A program made the position numbers and the translations under genes. The notes beneath the pieces were generated by a model. It saw only the letters and a program-made list of their open reading frames with translations, ran no database searches and was not told where the DNA came from. A DNA stretch of 64,000 nucleotides from a virus (Duplodnaviria > Caudoviricetes), in IMG/VR virus record IMGVR_UViG_3300029305_002828, positions 1 to 64,000 of that record. One strand, 5' to 3'. Within the stretch, counting starts at the first letter, position 1. Each line of letters opens with the position of its first letter. Below are positions 8,222-20,600 of this stretch, piece by piece.

Positions 8222-9331
8222 TTAAGAAAGTAACATTTGTAAATTGATTGGATAATCTACAAATCGTTTATTATTCAAGGCTTCCACAGATTCAATATCA
8301 ACCTTATCAACAATCTGAGATCTTATCTGATCGATATCAGTTTCACTTAGTAGTGAATATTGATTCTCAATACTCATGCATTGAAATGCTTGTTTGATAT
8401 CAGCCCTAATTGTATTCGGGAATAATTCAATAACCGAATCAATAGCTCCAAAGTCTTTAAGGATGATATCTTTCTCAAGACCTCTCTTAATAATACTCAT
8501 GAACTTATCCATTGACAATTCTTGATCAGATCGAATATTGCGGATTTTACTTCCCTTTACTGCCATTAATAATCTATAATACAACTCTGAGTTGAATATA
8601 GATATATCAAATGGACTCTTCTCAGGGAATGTATATCCTAGTACATCATCAACACTACTCATGATCTCTTGTTCTGGATAAGTATACTCTATACACAACA
8701 CAATGAAGTTTGGATTAAAGTAATATAGAGTATCAAATCGATCTCCAGTAATGATAATGTTCTTATCTGGACTAAACGTTGATACAATATAGGGAATTAT
8801 ACTTCCATCAAATGTAGTTGATTCCAAGAAATAACAATCAGGAATATATGATAAGATCAACTTTATTTCAGGAATAATAATCTCATTTATAATACCACCT
8901 ATGGTCCTGAACTTTGGATTCTGTGTATACTTATTGAAATAGAAGTTTCTATAGTATTTATTATAAACTTCCATCTGTTGAGTATACTGCTTGTCCATTG
9001 CTGTATGATAGAAGTAGACTTTTACCTTTTGATTTCCATTGTTACCGTATGCAGTTTTGAAATAAGATTTATAATTTCCAACAAGATTCAGTATCGATGA
9101 TTCTAATTCGATAACCATATCATGTTTGAAATACGTTGCCAATGAGTTTAGTCCTCTACGGGAACTTAATTTATCTAGAATACTTTCAAAGTTAATGAAC
9201 ACATTAATTGTTTCAGTATCTAGATTTACTCCGCTCTTTTGCGAGTTTACATGATTGAATATTGTCTTCCATTTTAATCTATATATCCCCGCAACAACAC
9301 CGATTCCAGGAGTATATCTCTCAATGTTCAT
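8222..9331 (-). CDS. Hypothetical protein, possibly a PIN/5'-nuclease (T4 RNase H/FEN-like) fold
   Basis: INVFINFESIL and NIIITGDRFD resemble FEN-family strands; directly downstream of the primase. Confidence 0.4.
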   Translation of the reverse strand: MNIERYTPGIGVVAGIYRLKWKTIFNHVNSQKSGVNLDTETINVFINFESILDKLSSRRGLNSLATYFKHDMVIELESSILNLVGNYKSYFKTAYGNNGNQKVKVYFYHTAMDKQYTQQMEVYNKYYRNFYFNKYTQNPKFRTIGGIINEIIIPEIKLILSYIPDCYFLESTTFDGSIIPYIVSTFSPDKNIIITGDRFDTLYYFNPNFIVLCIEYTYPEQEIMSSVDDVLGYTFPEKSPFDISIFNSELYYRLLMAVKGSKIRNIRSDQELSMDKFMSIIKRGLEKDIILKDFGAIDSVIELFPNTIRADIKQAFQCMSIENQYSLLSETDIDQIRSQIVDKVDIESVEALNNKRFVDYPINLQMLLS

Positions 9332-9344
9332 AAACTATACCCTC

Positions 9345-10319
9345 CTATATTTTCTGCTCTACCAGTTTAATTTTATCTATAGGAACACCTACATCTTTCC
9401 CTTTAATATTTTTATAAATATAAATGGAATTAAATAACCATTTATATTTTTTGAGTTGAGCTTTGATTGAAGACTCATTAACATCCGAATCAATATAAAC
9501 TTTTATGATTACATTGCTTCCTATAAATCCTTTAGCTATTGCATATTCAACTCCACTAATATAGTCGGATCCAAGTGTAGCAATGAATGCTGAGTTCTCA
9601 CCATCATTGAAATTCTTATATATGGATAGAACATCAAGTACACCTTCTGCAATATTCACGATAAGGTTTTCAGATGTAAATATATTAATCAATGCTTTAA
9701 TCGTATAGAAAGATTTATTATCCGAATTAAATAAGGCTAACTTTCTCCATCTACCTTCCTCATCATAGAATGCTCTAGTTAATAACACAGACTTATCATC
9801 TGATAAAAATGAAACACTATCATTATTACTCGGCATGATATTCCTGATTCTCGCACTAGAAGCATATGGATATACGGTATTCATATCCCATACAATCTTA
9901 AACTTATCATAGTCCTCAAAAGTGAAACCAGGTCCAAGTCTATCATTAATATATTTCACTTGTTGAGAATCCATTACTGGAACTCCAGTAATCAAATTAA
10001 TATCTTTATGCTTTATAGATCCAATTCTATTGAATCTTTGATTATCAATAGAATCAACTACTTCAGACTTTACTCCTAGTAGTTTTAAGAACTTGCTTGT
10101 GACTTTACCACCCTTATTACATTTAAAACAATTGAATAGCAATGGCTCAGATGGATTATTAAAGTCACACTTAATATAGCAATGAGAATCAGTTGGGTCG
10201 TTCTGACTATCACCACATATTGGACATCTGATTCGATATTGAATATTATTAACCTTACGAAATACTGTACTATGATTCCTGATTTCGTCAAGGATTTGTT
10301 GCTTCATTGTATTAGTCAT
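9345..10319 (-). CDS. DNA primase (T4 gp61-like; Zn finger plus TOPRIM)
   Basis: RCPICGDS...FNCFKC; IAEGVLDVLS; ATLGS; YIDSD. Confidence 0.85.
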   Translation of the reverse strand: MTNTMKQQILDEIRNHSTVFRKVNNIQYRIRCPICGDSQNDPTDSHCYIKCDFNNPSEPLLFNCFKCNKGGKVTSKFLKLLGVKSEVVDSIDNQRFNRIGSIKHKDINLITGVPVMDSQQVKYINDRLGPGFTFEDYDKFKIVWDMNTVYPYASSARIRNIMPSNNDSVSFLSDDKSVLLTRAFYDEEGRWRKLALFNSDNKSFYTIKALINIFTSENLIVNIAEGVLDVLSIYKNFNDGENSAFIATLGSDYISGVEYAIAKGFIGSNVIIKVYIDSDVNESSIKAQLKKYKWLFNSIYIYKNIKGKDVGVPIDKIKLVEQKI

Positions 10320-10364
10320 TTTGCAACTACCTCCTTATACCAGCATTTTTCCTTATCTGTAGAT

Positions 10365-10393
10365 AGAATATATACTTTAAGATTATATATTAT
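10365..10393. promoter_or_regulatory. Divergent pair of early-type promoters (primase and tubulin)
   Basis: Minus AGTATATATTCT (10365-10376) and plus GATTATATATTAT (10381-10393). Confidence 0.55.
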
Positions 10394-10522
10394 GAATGCA
10401 AGGTATAAGAATAAAACTTAGCTATGAACCTTATACTTTAATGGGTACTGAATAAGTAAATGATATATAACAAGAAGTCATAGCTAAAACCACAATTCTA
10501 TTTTAAAGGAGGACTTTAAAAC

Positions 10523-11692
10523 ATGGACAAGAAAATTGCGATTATTGGTGTAGGTAACTGCGGTAGTCAGGTTGCTCAGTTAGCCCAGTCTAAGTATCCT
10601 GATCTATTCGACTGTATCTATATCAATACCAGTGACTCCGATCTTGCAATGGTAACCGTAGAGGATCAGCTGAAGTTCAAGATTGGTAAGAAGGATGAAG
10701 TGGAGGGTTCTGGTAAGAACCGTACCAAGATGAAGGAATATCTGATGGCCGATATCAACAATATCCTCACCGATCAGAATCTTCAGCAGACTATCGTAGA
10801 TAAAAAGTATACTTTCATTGTGTCTTCTGCTGCTGGCGGTACTGGTTCTGGTGCTGCTCCTGTACTGATGGAGATTCTTCGTCAGATGTTCCCTGATACT
10901 AACTTCATCCTGGTAAGTGTGCTTCCTCAGATCTCTAGCTCTCTTATGGAACAGGGTAACACCCTTGAGTTCCTGAATGAACTTTATGACGTTCTTGGTG
11001 AATCCACTACCTATATGATCTATGACAATGAAAGCACTGCTGATCTTCCTCCTACCAAGGCTCTGGAAGTTGTCAATGAAAACATTGTTGAAGATCTGCG
11101 CGTACTCTCCGGTGTAGATAACTATCCTACTCCTTACGAGAGTATTGATGAAGCTGATATGGAAAGTATCATTACAACTCCTGGTCGTCTGCTTGTTGTA
11201 AGACTGAATAAGCGTCTCACCGAAAAGAGTATGGAAGATAACAATCTCGATGAGATGATTATTAAGGCCATCAAACAGTCTGCTCATGCTGAAACCGACA
11301 GGAATAAGAAGGTCGTACGCTGGGGTGTAATCACCTACTTCACTGATGCTGTTAATAAACTCTACACTACTGAGTTTGACAAACTCACTGAGTTCATTGG
11401 TACTCCTATTGAGCGATTCAACCATAATGCAATCAATAAGAATAACGAGAATCTCAACTTCTTCTATATGATTGCTTCTGGTCTGAGTCCTATCAATGAT
11501 CGTGTTGTAAAGGTGACTGAGCGTATTGAGGAGCTCAAGAACGCTCTTGCTAGCGATGATAGCTCTCGCTACATCCTCTCTGGGGATGGTGCATCCTATG
11601 ATGTTCTTGAAGCACGTCGTAAAGCTGACAAGCGTGCTAATACTCCCGAAGAAATTAATCCTTCGGATATTTTCAAGAAGTTCATGAAGTAA
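10523..11692 (+). CDS. phuZ: Phage tubulin/FtsZ-family GTPase (PhuZ/TubZ-like)
   Basis: IIGVGNCGSQVA, YINTSDSDL, GSGKNR, tubulin signature AAGGTGSG, SIDEADM (T7-loop-like). Confidence 0.85.
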   Translation: MDKKIAIIGVGNCGSQVAQLAQSKYPDLFDCIYINTSDSDLAMVTVEDQLKFKIGKKDEVEGSGKNRTKMKEYLMADINNILTDQNLQQTIVDKKYTFIVSSAAGGTGSGAAPVLMEILRQMFPDTNFILVSVLPQISSSLMEQGNTLEFLNELYDVLGESTTYMIYDNESTADLPPTKALEVVNENIVEDLRVLSGVDNYPTPYESIDEADMESIITTPGRLLVVRLNKRLTEKSMEDNNLDEMIIKAIKQSAHAETDRNKKVVRWGVITYFTDAVNKLYTTEFDKLTEFIGTPIERFNHNAINKNNENLNFFYMIASGLSPINDRVVKVTERIEELKNALASDDSSRYILSGDGASYDVLEARRKADKRANTPEEINPSDIFKKFMK

Positions 11693-11775
11693 TGTACATG
11701 ATGATGGAGGGGGATAAAACCCCTCCATCATCTACTTTATGTCTTAATCTAAATTTAAAACGAGGTGATTTATTT

Positions 11776-13080
11776 ATGGGAGACATTACAAAGAAAATTA
11801 CTGACGGGACTGTTCAGATCGTAAAGGATAAAGTCGGCAAAAATATAATTGAACCATTGAACAATCTTGTCGATCAGAATATATCTGATATAACTACTAC
11901 CATTGGATCTTTTGTGATCAGATCCATTAGAGGAAAATTTCAAAGAAGTATAACATTCAACATCGGAAACAACTACGCTGATAGATGGATGGAAGAAGCT
12001 CTATATGGTATCCTCTATAAGTATAATAACATCAAGAAGAGTAGTCGTTTAGAGCTGACAAATAAAGTTGGCTTCAATGATGGTACTGGAATGTACTATC
12101 GACTGGATGATGGAACTCATAATCTGAAATATAGGAATTATGATATCCTTCTGGTAATCCAAAGTCATACTCAGACTACCATGGGTGGAAGAGCTAACAC
12201 TCAGCGAATCTACACTATCATCACATATAATCTCAGTCTTGACTTCGTAAAGGACTTCGAGAAAGATATGGTAGCAAATAGAAATAGTTTGCTGAAGATT
12301 AAAGCTGATGCTCCTACCGTAAATGTATTTCAGGATCTTCATGAGAGTGATGGATATACCTATTGGGAAAGAGTCCTTACTCTCAATAAACGTCGAATCA
12401 ATACCATCTATATTCCTGAGGAGACTAAAAGGATTATTGTCAAAACTGTCAATGAATTCTTTGCCAACAAAGAATATTATAAGAGACATGGTATCACTCA
12501 TAACTTGAAAATTCTTCTTTATGGTGAGCCTGGAACTGGTAAGGATTCTATTGCGAAAATGATTGCATCCGAATGGAATCGTAACCTGTACTACTGCACT
12601 GGTGGCAAGGATGGGCGTTTCATTCCTAATGCAATTACTGATAATAGCTCTGATGTCAACTATCCTCTATTCCTGATATCTGATCTGGACAAGTATCCTT
12701 TCCTTATCAATGAACCTGATGTGAAGCTTGATGAGGATAATAAAGATGAGAAGATGAAGCATAAACAGGCTTTCGGAAATATGATTAATGCTCTTGATGG
12801 TATCCTCAGTGGTGAGGATAGAATTATCATCATGACTACTAATCATATTGAGAAGTTTAGTGATGTTATTCTTCGTCCTGGTCGTATCGATCTGAAGTTG
12901 TATATCACCTATGTCACAACTGATGTGTTTAGGAGATATGTAAAAGACTTCTATGGAATTGAACTTCCTGCTGATATCAAAGTCAAGAAGGGAACTACAA
13001 TCGCAGATATGCAATCTGATGTGGTCTTCATGAAGTTGACAGCTGATGAGTTCATCAAAAAGTATACTACTAAGAAGTGA
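11776..13080 (+). CDS. BCS1-like AAA+ ATPase
   Basis: LLYGEPGTGKDS; INALDGILSGEDRIIIMTTNHIEKF; LRPGRIDLK. Start by RBS GAGGTG. Confidence 0.8.
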   Translation: MGDITKKITDGTVQIVKDKVGKNIIEPLNNLVDQNISDITTTIGSFVIRSIRGKFQRSITFNIGNNYADRWMEEALYGILYKYNNIKKSSRLELTNKVGFNDGTGMYYRLDDGTHNLKYRNYDILLVIQSHTQTTMGGRANTQRIYTIITYNLSLDFVKDFEKDMVANRNSLLKIKADAPTVNVFQDLHESDGYTYWERVLTLNKRRINTIYIPEETKRIIVKTVNEFFANKEYYKRHGITHNLKILLYGEPGTGKDSIAKMIASEWNRNLYYCTGGKDGRFIPNAITDNSSDVNYPLFLISDLDKYPFLINEPDVKLDEDNKDEKMKHKQAFGNMINALDGILSGEDRIIIMTTNHIEKFSDVILRPGRIDLKLYITYVTTDVFRRYVKDFYGIELPADIKVKKGTTIADMQSDVVFMKLTADEFIKKYTTKK

Positions 13081-13081
13081 T

Positions 13082-13115
13082 AAAAAGAGAGGGTGGAAGC
13101 TCCACCCTCTCTTTT
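13082..13115. terminator. Intrinsic terminator
   Basis: AAAAGAGAGGGTGGA/TCCACCCTCTCTTTT. Confidence 0.8.
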
Positions 13116-13157
13116 CTTTTTAGCAATTTTACAAGAAAAACAAAACCTCATTTTTTC

Positions 13158-13310
13158 AATTATATATGTTATGTAAAACATAACATGTTTCACATAACAT
13201 GCCTCTCGGCATGATTGTGAATCATGTTTAGTTTGATGATTATTACATCATCTATTATCATAGATGATTTAAATAATCATTGATTTAGAATGCTGCATAA
13301 CATCATTCTA
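13158..13310. repeat. Cluster of four inverted repeats in a non-coding gap
   Basis: Hairpins at 13166-13186, 13182-13228, 13236-13280 and 13286-13310; CATAACAT occurs three times. Confidence 0.7.
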
Positions 13311-13320
13311 TGCCGAATTT

Positions 13321-14505
13321 TTAAAGTGAGGCATTAGGATTAGTTATTCCTAAATGATGTTCCAATGAAGCAATTCTTCCAGAGAGAATAGAAACTTCAT
13401 TTATGATCTGAGCTAACTGAGTAGTGATCATATCACTAGGAATCTTATTGATGAGATTATCCATAGTACCTTGCATTCTATTTACTTTGGAAGTCAAGGT
13501 CTTCAATTCACTATCAGAAGCTTTATTTATCAACTCATTTTTTATACCATTTATCTCACCAATACTACTCAAAGAAGAAACTAAAGAAGTTACAGTATCT
13601 CTAATCTCTAGTAAATCATTTTGATCAGCTTTATCTCTAATAGCTTTATCAAGACCAACAATATCAGAAATATTGAGTTCAGGTAAATCTCTGATAGTAA
13701 GTTTATCACCAACCTTAACTAAACCTTTACTATCAACTCTTACCTTGGTATAGGTTCCAGGAACAATAGGTTCATTAGCATCTAGCTTGTTGACTAGTTC
13801 CTGTTGAATAGCATCAATTGTTTGCTGTGAAGGAATATTAACAAACCTAGACTCTAGAGTATTGATTCTAGAAATCAACTCACTAGGAATATCATTCAAT
13901 CCTAATTTATGCTCACCATTGATAACTCTACCATACTGATCAACTGTTACCTTGATATATGTTCCAGCACTAACTTTGATTGTAGGAACTTCATCTTCCT
14001 TATGAGAAGTAACCATCAATGAATTAAATGAGGAAATAATAGCTTCCAATCCATCAATCTTTGCCATTGGTAATATAGGAATATCAGAAGGTAGTAGATC
14101 AGCAACTGATACAATTCTACCATCAGCAGTAAAATTAACTTTCGTACCAGTACCAACAATCTGATTCAACTTATTCATCGTAGGTTGAATAATATTAGTT
14201 ACTTCATTCTTGAAACTTTGTAATTCTTTTTTAGAAGCTTTATCTTCAAGAGATGATCTTAGGTTTAATACCTTATCAATTCCTAATTCAGGAATATCAC
14301 TTTGATCAAGATTGGTACCTCTAATTACTAAACCATTTTTATCATATGCTACCTTACAAGCAATTGCAGGAGGTATAGGAGGATTTGCAATCAACCTCTG
14401 CTGATCGTTGATTTTAAGAGCATTGACTACTTTCTCTATACCAATAACAATACTTTCTACTTCCTCAATTCTTTGATTGAGAGTTAAAATAAGATCTGTA
14501 TTCAT
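13321..14505 (-). CDS. Probable tail fibre/virion protein with GTYxKVxVD repeats and coiled coils
   Basis: GTYIKVTVDQYGRV, GTYTKVRVDSKGLV, GTKVNFTADGRI, each followed by an L-x-x-x-D-I/L-P motif. Confidence 0.7.
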   Translation of the reverse strand: MNTDLILTLNQRIEEVESIVIGIEKVVNALKINDQQRLIANPPIPPAIACKVAYDKNGLVIRGTNLDQSDIPELGIDKVLNLRSSLEDKASKKELQSFKNEVTNIIQPTMNKLNQIVGTGTKVNFTADGRIVSVADLLPSDIPILPMAKIDGLEAIISSFNSLMVTSHKEDEVPTIKVSAGTYIKVTVDQYGRVINGEHKLGLNDIPSELISRINTLESRFVNIPSQQTIDAIQQELVNKLDANEPIVPGTYTKVRVDSKGLVKVGDKLTIRDLPELNISDIVGLDKAIRDKADQNDLLEIRDTVTSLVSSLSSIGEINGIKNELINKASDSELKTLTSKVNRMQGTMDNLINKIPSDMITTQLAQIINEVSILSGRIASLEHHLGITNPNASL

Positions 14506-14608
14506 AAAATATCCTCCTCTTGACAGAATTTGTAATATCTTTAGAGGTTGGTGAATGATTTTTATCGACTCACTATTAACAGTTTAAAATTTATATAAAG
14601 GAGGTTGA

Positions 14609-17600
14609 ATGATCATGCGTGATGATATGTATGAGAACAACTGGAGTCCATTTGATCCCAGATGGTATCAAGCTGCTTTTGATCAGTTTGTAAGTACAGC
14701 TGATCAGTTATTCAATCAAGATTTGATCATCCAACAGGGTTTCAATTTACCTGATGCTGATGGATCTAGATCATCTGTGTTTAGAAATGAAGCAGTATTA
14801 AATAACTCATTCAATGAACAAAAGCTGAGAGAAACTCTAAAAGATATATACTTAAATTCCAGTCATCGACTGGTTGCTGCTAATAATGATAATGTTCACT
14901 TTTATCAGTGGCATGGGTATATGTCTAATATGGAACTTATTCCAAATACTGATACATGCCAGTTTGTGATTCCTACTACCACTTTTATTTCACCTAAAGA
15001 ACGAGATAAGTTCAAGCTTTCACAGTTCTATAGGAAGTGGATTAAGCCTGAGGATTTGTTAAATAACTGGGAAATTTTTAAGTGGTATTGTATGTTATTC
15101 ATCGACCAGAAGGTTTATTCTGAATATGAACTTCGAATTGATGATCATGAAACTACAATCAGATTCAAGTATTATGATTACTGGGTAAAGGTAAATCATC
15201 CAGTTTATATCTACAAATTCGACACTAATGCATCTTGTCGTGTCCTCATTAGTAAAGAATTGTGTGAGAATCAATGGAACTGGAAGATGCCTACTAGCTA
15301 CATCAATGATCAGAGAGTTGTAAATTCTACTAACATTGTAGTAGCTTTCAATAAGATCAGTGATCAGAATATTCGTAAAGATGGTAAGACTCATATTGAA
15401 GTGCTTGGGGATAACTTGGAATTCCTAACTATTGAAGATGGAATTATTGATCTCTCTAATATCAGTAGTTTCAATAATCAATATATTAGATCTGAATCTA
15501 CTGAGTGGCTTTGGATGAGTATTATCATTCCTAAGTTTCTACATGAGTATCCCATTATCCTTCCTACTGATGTAGTATATAGACCCTATGAAGCTGACCT
15601 GAGACCTGTAGCTATTTATGATAACATGGGTATCAGATACAATAAAGCTGAGAAAGGTATTACTAATAAACAAATTTACATCGATATGAATGGACGTCTT
15701 GCTGAGGAACATAGTGGATGGAAACAAATGATTAGACCAATAGTATTATCAGATGCTTTTGATGATCCATTTAATGAACCTTATATGGCATTCATTGATG
15801 AACTAAGTAATCTTCGAGATCTTACTGTAAAAGGTGCAGATACTATTGAAGATTTCCGATTCTTTATGGAAGATAATCCTGATGAAGATAAGTTCCAATG
15901 GTTTGTTGAGAAACTCATGAAAGAAGTAGAAGATATTCATAATGCATATAATACCTTCCTCAAGAATAGAAGGATTGATACTGATAAAGCTTATGAGTAT
16001 CTATATAAGGATTTCTATAATACTATGCTTCAACTTCAGGAAGATGGTATCTATAGTGATTGGTTTAATAGATCTAAAGAGGATGAAGGAACTGAACGAG
16101 ATTTCTGGTTCTATATATCTCCCCAGATTTATATTCCTAGAGAGATGTATGATAAGTTCTCTATCGTCTATACTTTAGAATCTATTAACGATAATGGGTT
16201 ATTATGGAATAACGTAGACCAGTTTATGAATCAACATCGTTTCCGTAGACCTATTGAAGAAGGAAACTTCTGGACATTTGAATGGGATAATGATGATAAA
16301 GTCTGGCGTCCTTACCATTTAAATATTACCAGACATTTTCCTGATGTATATTTTCCTAAAGATCCTGCAAGTGATACTGCTGAATTGGGTAGAATATTCA
16401 AAGCATTTTTCTTTTATAGTGATACGATGAATGTTTTGAATCAAAGTGAAGAAATTGTAGATGCAACTCCTGCTTGGGATGTAGATATGCAAGAGTATGA
16501 GTTTGATAGAGGTGCAGTCTATAGAGATATCTTCATGGAGAAATTCTACTGGATGGGTGTAAGGTCTATCTATAAAGGATTGATCATTACTAAGTCCAGA
16601 TGGGAAGCTCTTGAATATGTTATCGACAATAGTTCTTATGAACGTTTTAACGAACTATTCCTGAGGACTATGGATCCATATTTCAAATTAGGTCTTGCAA
16701 CATACTTGAAGAGTTCAAACTATAGTTTCCCATTCGATGATGCCATCAGTAAGATGAATGAAGCAATTGATCTCATCTGGCTTGGATATAAGAAGATAAC
16801 TAATTTCGAAGTATATTTAAATAAAACTTGGATCCCTTCTTACTTTGATTACATAGTGAAGATAATGGATGAGTGGGAACCTGGTACTAGATTACTTCGT
16901 CGTCCTCGTTCTTCTTTTGATGTTCTTCGTTTATTGCCAATGCTTATTTCTATCGAAGATAACATCACTATTGCGGTTGGTACTGTGAATGAAACTCTGA
17001 AATGGATTCTTGAGAAACTCATGCAAGAATCTTATCATTTGAACTTTGATAATATTCTCTCTATTCAAGAGAAAGCTCAAGAGATGCTCCAGAATATCAA
17101 GGATGTGTATAAGTTTACTAATGAATTAGATCTTGATATCTATGGTATTGAGGATCTTAATCATATCATTAGTAAGTTGAAACATCATATGGAATTAACT
17201 GATGAACTTGAGTTATTATTCAAAGCTTCTCAGGATGATGTTACAACGCATAATGTTTATAAGTTTAAACAAGATATTTTGAAAGATGTCAGTGATAATC
17301 ATCTCGAATCTCTATATGGTCATATCACTTTAATTGGTGGAATGGTTCAAGACTTTGACATGCATGGATTCATGTTAGCGGTTAATGACCTTTATACTTA
17401 TTTTGAATGGAATAAGGTCAATCCTGATGACAAGAGTTTGATTGGATATGTTAACCAGTTTAATGATCCTTGGTCGGTTAAAGTCAAAGAATTACGTAAT
17501 AAACTATTCCAATCTACTGCAATTATGTATGGTGAGTTTGATTCTAGTAAAGCCTATACGAATGATGAAGTAATTAAATTCACCAATAGCGTTGAGTCTG

Positions 17601-20600
17601 TTAGACTTGATATTGAAAACTTTAGTAATGCTATTGCTGAATTCTGGACTACTATGGGTTATGATAAGGATCAAACTGTAATCGATAAGTTTGACTATGT
17701 AAATTCTTTGCTTGATAAATTAATTATTAATCTTGGAATTTATATGGATGCAAGAGCTGAGTTACTTGAAGAGGTTGCTAGAATCTTAGAACTGCTCATG
17801 AAGATGCATGACTATGATATTAGTAAAGTTGAAACTACATATCTCGATGGAATTAAGTTAGCTCTTGATAATATCGTCTTATCCTTGTCATATATTGCAG
17901 GTGCAAATCATCGTGATGATGCGATCAAAGAGTTCAATAAGCTCAAGAATAATATTGTTAAATGGAACGGATTCCTTTCTATCGAAGAAGAAGTATTTAC
18001 TAAGCTGCTCGCTTTTACTACTCCTCCTATTGAATTTATTGAAAGACTCCGTAAAGATGAGGCAGTATTGAATGAGATGATTGTATATATGGATAGTGCG
18101 AATATTCCATATGTACCTGATAGTAGTTGGCCTACATATTCTGATGTCTTCGAAGTTGATCAATTTGAATTGGTTGATGGAGGTTTCTACAATAAGGTTG
18201 ATGAATTTGTGGCTGCTCCTAAACTCGGATCATACAAAATCAATGAAGTTAGTGATAATGAAATTGGAGTAACTAAAGCGATTGAATCTACTGGATATCG
18301 TGGAACTGTTTACAGAAATCCAATGGTTCAGAATAACTTCTATGATACCGTTACCAACGGAGATGGTATGGGTATAACTATTAAACCTCTTCGTTCTAAG
18401 AGGATTCCTATTATCAACGATGAGGTTGTTCGTATGTATATCATGCGAATTCAAAATAGTTCTTATCTAGTATCAAACAATCTTGATACTCCAAACCCAT
18501 ACAGCAATATTGCTTTGGAAACAACATTGGCTGGAATCGAAGAGATTAATAATGATTGGAATAATATGCTTGACATTTATTCTGAACATATGTCCATTGA
18601 ATCAAAAGAATATGTTGGTGGGTTAATTGATCTCTTAGAATCTATAATCGAACCTGCTAGAAAGTTGATTGAACTTCGTAACAATGTTGATCTTGCTGGT
18701 TTAATTACAGATTTAGATTCCTTTATTACTAATTGCTATGAATATGCTCGTAAGAATGATTTGATTACTGATCAATATTACTATTACGAAGAAAATGTTA
18801 AAGTAGCATTAGTAGACTTCCAGGAATTCTATGGTAGTGGAACATCATGGAATAGTTCCTCCCAATTAAGATCACTACTTGATGATGCTAAGTATCCAAT
18901 TAGACTTTTTAAAGTTAGGACATTAGATATATTCCCCCATTCTGATGAGAAAACTAAAGTTTCTAAGGAATGTGAAGATCTATTAAACAAGATATCTACA
19001 ATTGAAACTACCTTAAGCAAACTTCCAAATATGATTGTAGATATTACCCCTATCTCTAGAAAGTTAGAAGAAGATATCAAAGCGATGCCTAGCGATCTTA
19101 TTAAAAAAGATAAGTGGTATCGTATACGTAATATCAGAGTTGCTCTTGAAGGTGAAGGATATAAAATCGGTGATATATTAGCAATTATTCCTGAACTTCC
19201 TGTTGATACTGCCGGTAATAAGATCACTGATCAAGAAGATCTAATAATGAATGATACTATACTAGTTAGAATCAATGAGGTTATTGACGGTAGAGTTACT
19301 GGTATAGAGGCCTTAATGGATTATGCAATTCCATATCTAATTTGGGGTGTCCGTAGAACCAAAACTCTCATTGGTAAAGGTAAGGGTCTAACAGTTGATG
19401 TATATTCATATGAGTTAGAGTTATCTGATAGCACTCTATTCCAAGATAGTAGTTCTGATATTGCAAGGCTTCCCCAATATAATGAGAACGATATGTTCGT
19501 ATTCAAATTTGAAAATGTTCATGATTTGAATATGCAATATGAAGTTTTCTATGGGGGTAAGCAAATTACTAACTTCTTCCAGAGACATATTTCTGGAACT
19601 GATAGACTCCATCCTAGCAGCGTTGATGCTTTATATCTTAACGCAAATGATGTTTCTGATCTAAAGAACTCTTCCATCTATATTCCTGCTGAGCATTATT
19701 TTATCTATAGATTAGATAAAGTAGTTATTAAAGATCCTGGTGCAGGTTATGCAGTCGGGCAGGAAGTCTTTGTTGATTTAGAAACTATTGCATTACGTCT
19801 AAAGATTGCAAGTCTTGTTGCAGGACCTACTAAAGGTATTGCTTCTGTTGAAATGTCTGATATTCGAATCAATGAAGATGTTGATAATCCTAGTTGTGAA
19901 GAGGCAAAGGTTGTACCTGACTCTTTAAATAACATCGATGATGAATTCAATGTTGGATATTACGACAGACTTACCAAGGAAGGTATTGTAAAGGGTTCTA
20001 CTAAATCTTTGGATCCTGCAGGATATGATTTTATCTCTAGACGATTCGATGATCTTGAAGATGGAGATCGTAATAAGAGATATATGTATCCAGATGTGAA
20101 CATGCCTGACATTGAAGGCGTTGCTAAAGAAGGAGATCCTGATGAAGGATTCTATCAGGGTAGTAGAATTGATAATCCTTATCATCCTATAGAAGATGAT
20201 CATAAGTGGAATGGTATCATGAATACTATTTCTCCAACTGATCCATTCATTCCAGATTGCAACAGAGTTCCTCCTGGTCAACCTATAAAGGGTGAATACC
20301 AACTTATTGGCAGACAAAGGATCCATGATTCTACTAAAGAAACGAATGATAATGTAACTGTAAAGTTTGATTTCTCAATTAAGAATGCAGCAATGATTGA
20401 TGGGGATTATTCTGTATCTAAATATTCTCAGCTTCCTAAACATATGCTCGATTGGCCTGATGCCAAGATTGGTAAATGTGTAATAGTTGAGAATGATGAA
20501 ACTAATAACGGTCACAGAATGATGTATCGCCTAAGAACATTTGTTGCTGCAGGATATTTCGTTTATGATCTTCCTGAGGTTGCAGATTATAAATGGAATC

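Noticed and set aside
8222-9331. Chimallin (nuclear shell) candidate near the tubulin
   Set aside because: Too short and shows nuclease-like strands; no basis for a ChmA call.
10604-11731. 375-aa antisense ORF opposite the tubulin gene
   Set aside because: Shadow ORF produced by codon bias of a highly expressed gene; no motifs or RBS.
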